Source: Octopus sinensis
Lineage: Eukaryota
NCBI RefSeq assembly: GCF_006345805.1
Contig: NW_021834023.1
Span: forward strand, 1 to 52,006
Reading direction: 5' to 3'
DNA: 52,006 nucleotides
A model generated the notes under the pieces. The model saw only the letters and a program-made list of their open reading frames with translations, made no database searches and was not told the DNA's origin. Shown here one piece after another: positions 49,638-52,006 of this stretch. Position numbers and translations under genes: made by a program. Numbering within the stretch: position 1 is the first letter of the stretch; every line of letters begins with the position of its first letter.

Positions 49638-49704
49638 CTCGACGGGCAGGTTGTGATACAGCCAAAAGCATGCAAAATAAAGTTTGTGTTTGCGTCCTCT
49701 TCAT
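49638..49704 (-). CDS. Candidate first coding exon, signal peptide MKRTQTQTLFCMLLAVSQPARR
   Basis: aacaATGaag context, basic N-region plus a short hydrophobic core, phase-1 donor cgag|gtatgg in frame with mini-exon C. Confidence 0.55.
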
Positions 49705-49744
49705 TGTTTAGTAGTAATTCCAGAGAGAGATAGAATGATGTTGT

Positions 49745-50480
49745 CTCTCTTTTAGCACTCCGTCGGTTACGACGACGAGGGTTCCGGTTGATCCGAATCA
49801 ACGGAACAGCCTGATCGTGAAATTAACGTGTAAGTGGCTGATCACTCCACAGACACGTGTACCCTTAACGTAGTTCTCGGGGATATTCAGCGTGACACAG
49901 AGAGTGACAAGGCCGGCCCCTTGAAATGGATGGAAGCACTCCGTCAGTTACGACGATGAGGGTTCCGTTGTGATCCCAATCAACGGAACAGCCTGCTCGT
50001 GAAATTAACGTGTAAGTGGCTGAGCACTCCACAGACACGTGTACCCTTAACGTAGTTCTCGGGGATATTCAGCGTGACACAGAGAGTGACAGGCGGCCCT
50101 TTGAAATACAGGTACAACAGAAACAGGAAGTAAGAGTGAGAGAAAGTTGTGGTGAAAGAGTACAGCAGGGATCACCACCATCTCCTGCCGGAGCTCTGTG
50201 GAGCTTTAGGTGTTTTTGCTCTCAATACACTCACAACGCCGCGGTCTGGGAATCGAAACCGCGATCCTACAACCACGAGTCCGCTGCCCTAACCACTGGG
50301 CCATTGCGCCTCCACTGGTGAAAGAGTACAGCAGGAATCACCACCATCCCTGCCGGAGCTTCATGGAGCTTTAGGTGTTTTTGCTCAATAAACACTCACA
50401 ACGCCCGGTCTGGGAATCGAAACTGCGATCCTACGACCGCGAGTCCGCTGCCCTAACCACTAGGCCATTGCGCCTCCACA
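49745..50480 (-). mobile_element. Arg-head SINE composite (double head, double tail A) with 11-bp TSD
   Basis: aatgatgttgt at 49734-49744 and 50481-50491. Confidence 0.9.
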
Positions 50481-50673
50481 AATGATGTTGTAAGAGAACA
50501 GAATTAGAGCTAGAGAGAATCGTTGGGTGTTGTCTGACAGTAAACTTCATTTCTCTCTCTGACCATTATCTTTAGTAGCTGCATTCCTTGTGATCATGAT
50601 TCTAGCAGTCCGTTCTATAATTGAGTCGTCACAATGTGACTGAACTTGGTTGAGTCGTCACCGACTGGTGACT

Positions 50674-50708
50674 AACTGATTTTTGCATGGGATGTGCTGG
50701 CTTATATA
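50674..50708 (-). promoter_or_regulatory. Candidate core promoter: TATATAAG at -31 and TCAGTT initiator (+1 at 50677)
   Basis: Canonical TATA-Inr spacing, oriented toward the candidate start codon; motif evidence only. Confidence 0.4.
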
Positions 50709-50724
50709 ACTATCCAGAAGGATA

Positions 50725-51616
50725 TCTTTATATATAAAAGTCAAGTTGTGTGTCTGTCTCCTATGATTTAGATTCCTAACTACTCCCACATTTTGCGGTG
50801 CAGTTTAACCAAAACCGGATATCTTATAGTCGTGATTCATATCGAGCCCTTCTGGGTATTAGCGCGCGTCTACGATGAGTCTACGATTTAAAAATTAATT
50901 TAACATCATTTTTTATTCCATTTTAATGCATAATTTTTCGTGTGTCGATGGCGGCGGAGTTGGCGTCCACGCTCACAGCTGCACCTGTGTTGCTTCTCCC
51001 CCTTCTTCCCTCCCTCGTGAAGATGTGGGGAAGGGAGTGTAAGGAAATCAACATCGTAATGCGTTGTCAAGGAGACCAGCGTTCTTTTAGAACAACGACT
51101 TCATGGCTTGAAGACACCAAAACAGAAATGGCTAAGAAAGCCCGAATTGGCATTTATGAGGGAAGTAACTCTCTAAAAATGCTTATATAGTTTTTCCCTT
51201 ACAAACCCGAGCAACGCCGGGCGATACTGCTAGTCTTTATATATAAAAGTAGGTTGTGGTGTCTGTCCCTACGATTTAGATTCCTAACTACTCCCACATT
51301 TTGCGGTGCAGTTTAACCAAACCGGTATCTTATAGTCGTGATTCATATCGAGCCCTTCTGGGTATTAGCGCGCGTCTACGATTTAAAGAAAAATTTACAT
51401 CATTTTTTTTCCATTTTAATGCATTTTTCGCTATTATATAAGGGAAGTAACTCTCTAAAAAATGTCTACGATGAGTCAACGATTTAAAAAAAAAATTACC
51501 ATAATTTTTTTCCATTTTTCATTCATTTTTTTGCTATTTTTTGGCTATAACTCTCTAAAAATGCTTATATAGTTATTTCCCTTACAAACCCGAGCAACGC
51601 CGGGCGATACTGCTAG
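50725..51616 (+). mobile_element. Two head-to-tail non-autonomous Helitrons (50725-51233, 51234-51616)
   Basis: A|TC start, cccgagcaacgccggg hairpin, CTAG|TC junction and final CTAG|T. Confidence 0.85.
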
Positions 51617-51723
51617 TATATATATATAATAACAAAGGGTAAAATTAATTAATTGAGAAGTAATCAATAATTTCACCATTCGGCATGAAAAAAGGACCAT
51701 TTCATGGTAAACTTAAGTAATAC

Positions 51724-51933
51724 TTAATAATTAGGGTTAGCAGAGATTTGCTTTACCAACATACCGAAGTTTAGAAATAGCAGCCAAAAAACGTTAGCTT
51801 TTTCTTCTATTTTAAAAACTTGGTTTTTCTGGGAGTCCCTTTTTAAAGTAGAAGAAATAGCTAAGGTTTTTTGGCTGCTATTTCTAAACTTCGGTATGTA
51901 ATAAAACAAATCTTTGCTGAACCCTAATTATAA
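51724..51933. mobile_element. Fold-back/MITE-like imperfect palindrome of ~210 bp
   Basis: taattagggttagcagagatttg...cataccgaagtttagaaatagcagccaaaaa pairs with its reverse complement at 51845-51930. Confidence 0.8.
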
Positions 51934-52006
51934 GTATATATATATATATAATATATATATATATATAGATTCTTGCCCGCAGGGGGCTAATCATAGAAGT
52001 ACAAAA

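Overview
AT-rich, repeat-dense animal genomic DNA. The SINE families and microsatellite load suggest an octopod cephalopod (Octopus); this is inference from recalled repeat families, not a database hit. The main hidden feature is a minus-strand, roughly 46-kb multi-exon gene that the ORF track mostly misses. It has a candidate TATA/Inr near 50.7 kb and a signal-peptide exon (49638-49704). Three paralogous cassettes follow, each a 39-57 nt mini-exon plus a 249-252 nt exon encoding an Ig-like domain without the canonical B-F disulfide. Then come a Thr-rich stalk/transmembrane exon with two in-frame acceptors and a tentative short last exon (3728-3759). Every junction is phase 1, and the joined frame is open (390 or 419 aa). 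The 3' end lies in one arm of a long palindrome whose other arm is split by a 5'-truncated CR1-clade LINE (209-2946). One intron holds a 15.5-kb array of about 181 copies of an 86-bp hairpin-forming satellite. The rest is tRNA-derived SINEs (often as tandem multimers), RTE fragments, non-autonomous Helitrons, fold-back elements, Penelope-like fragments with hammerhead-like motifs and long microsatellites. No rRNA, true tRNA genes or CRISPR arrays are supported.
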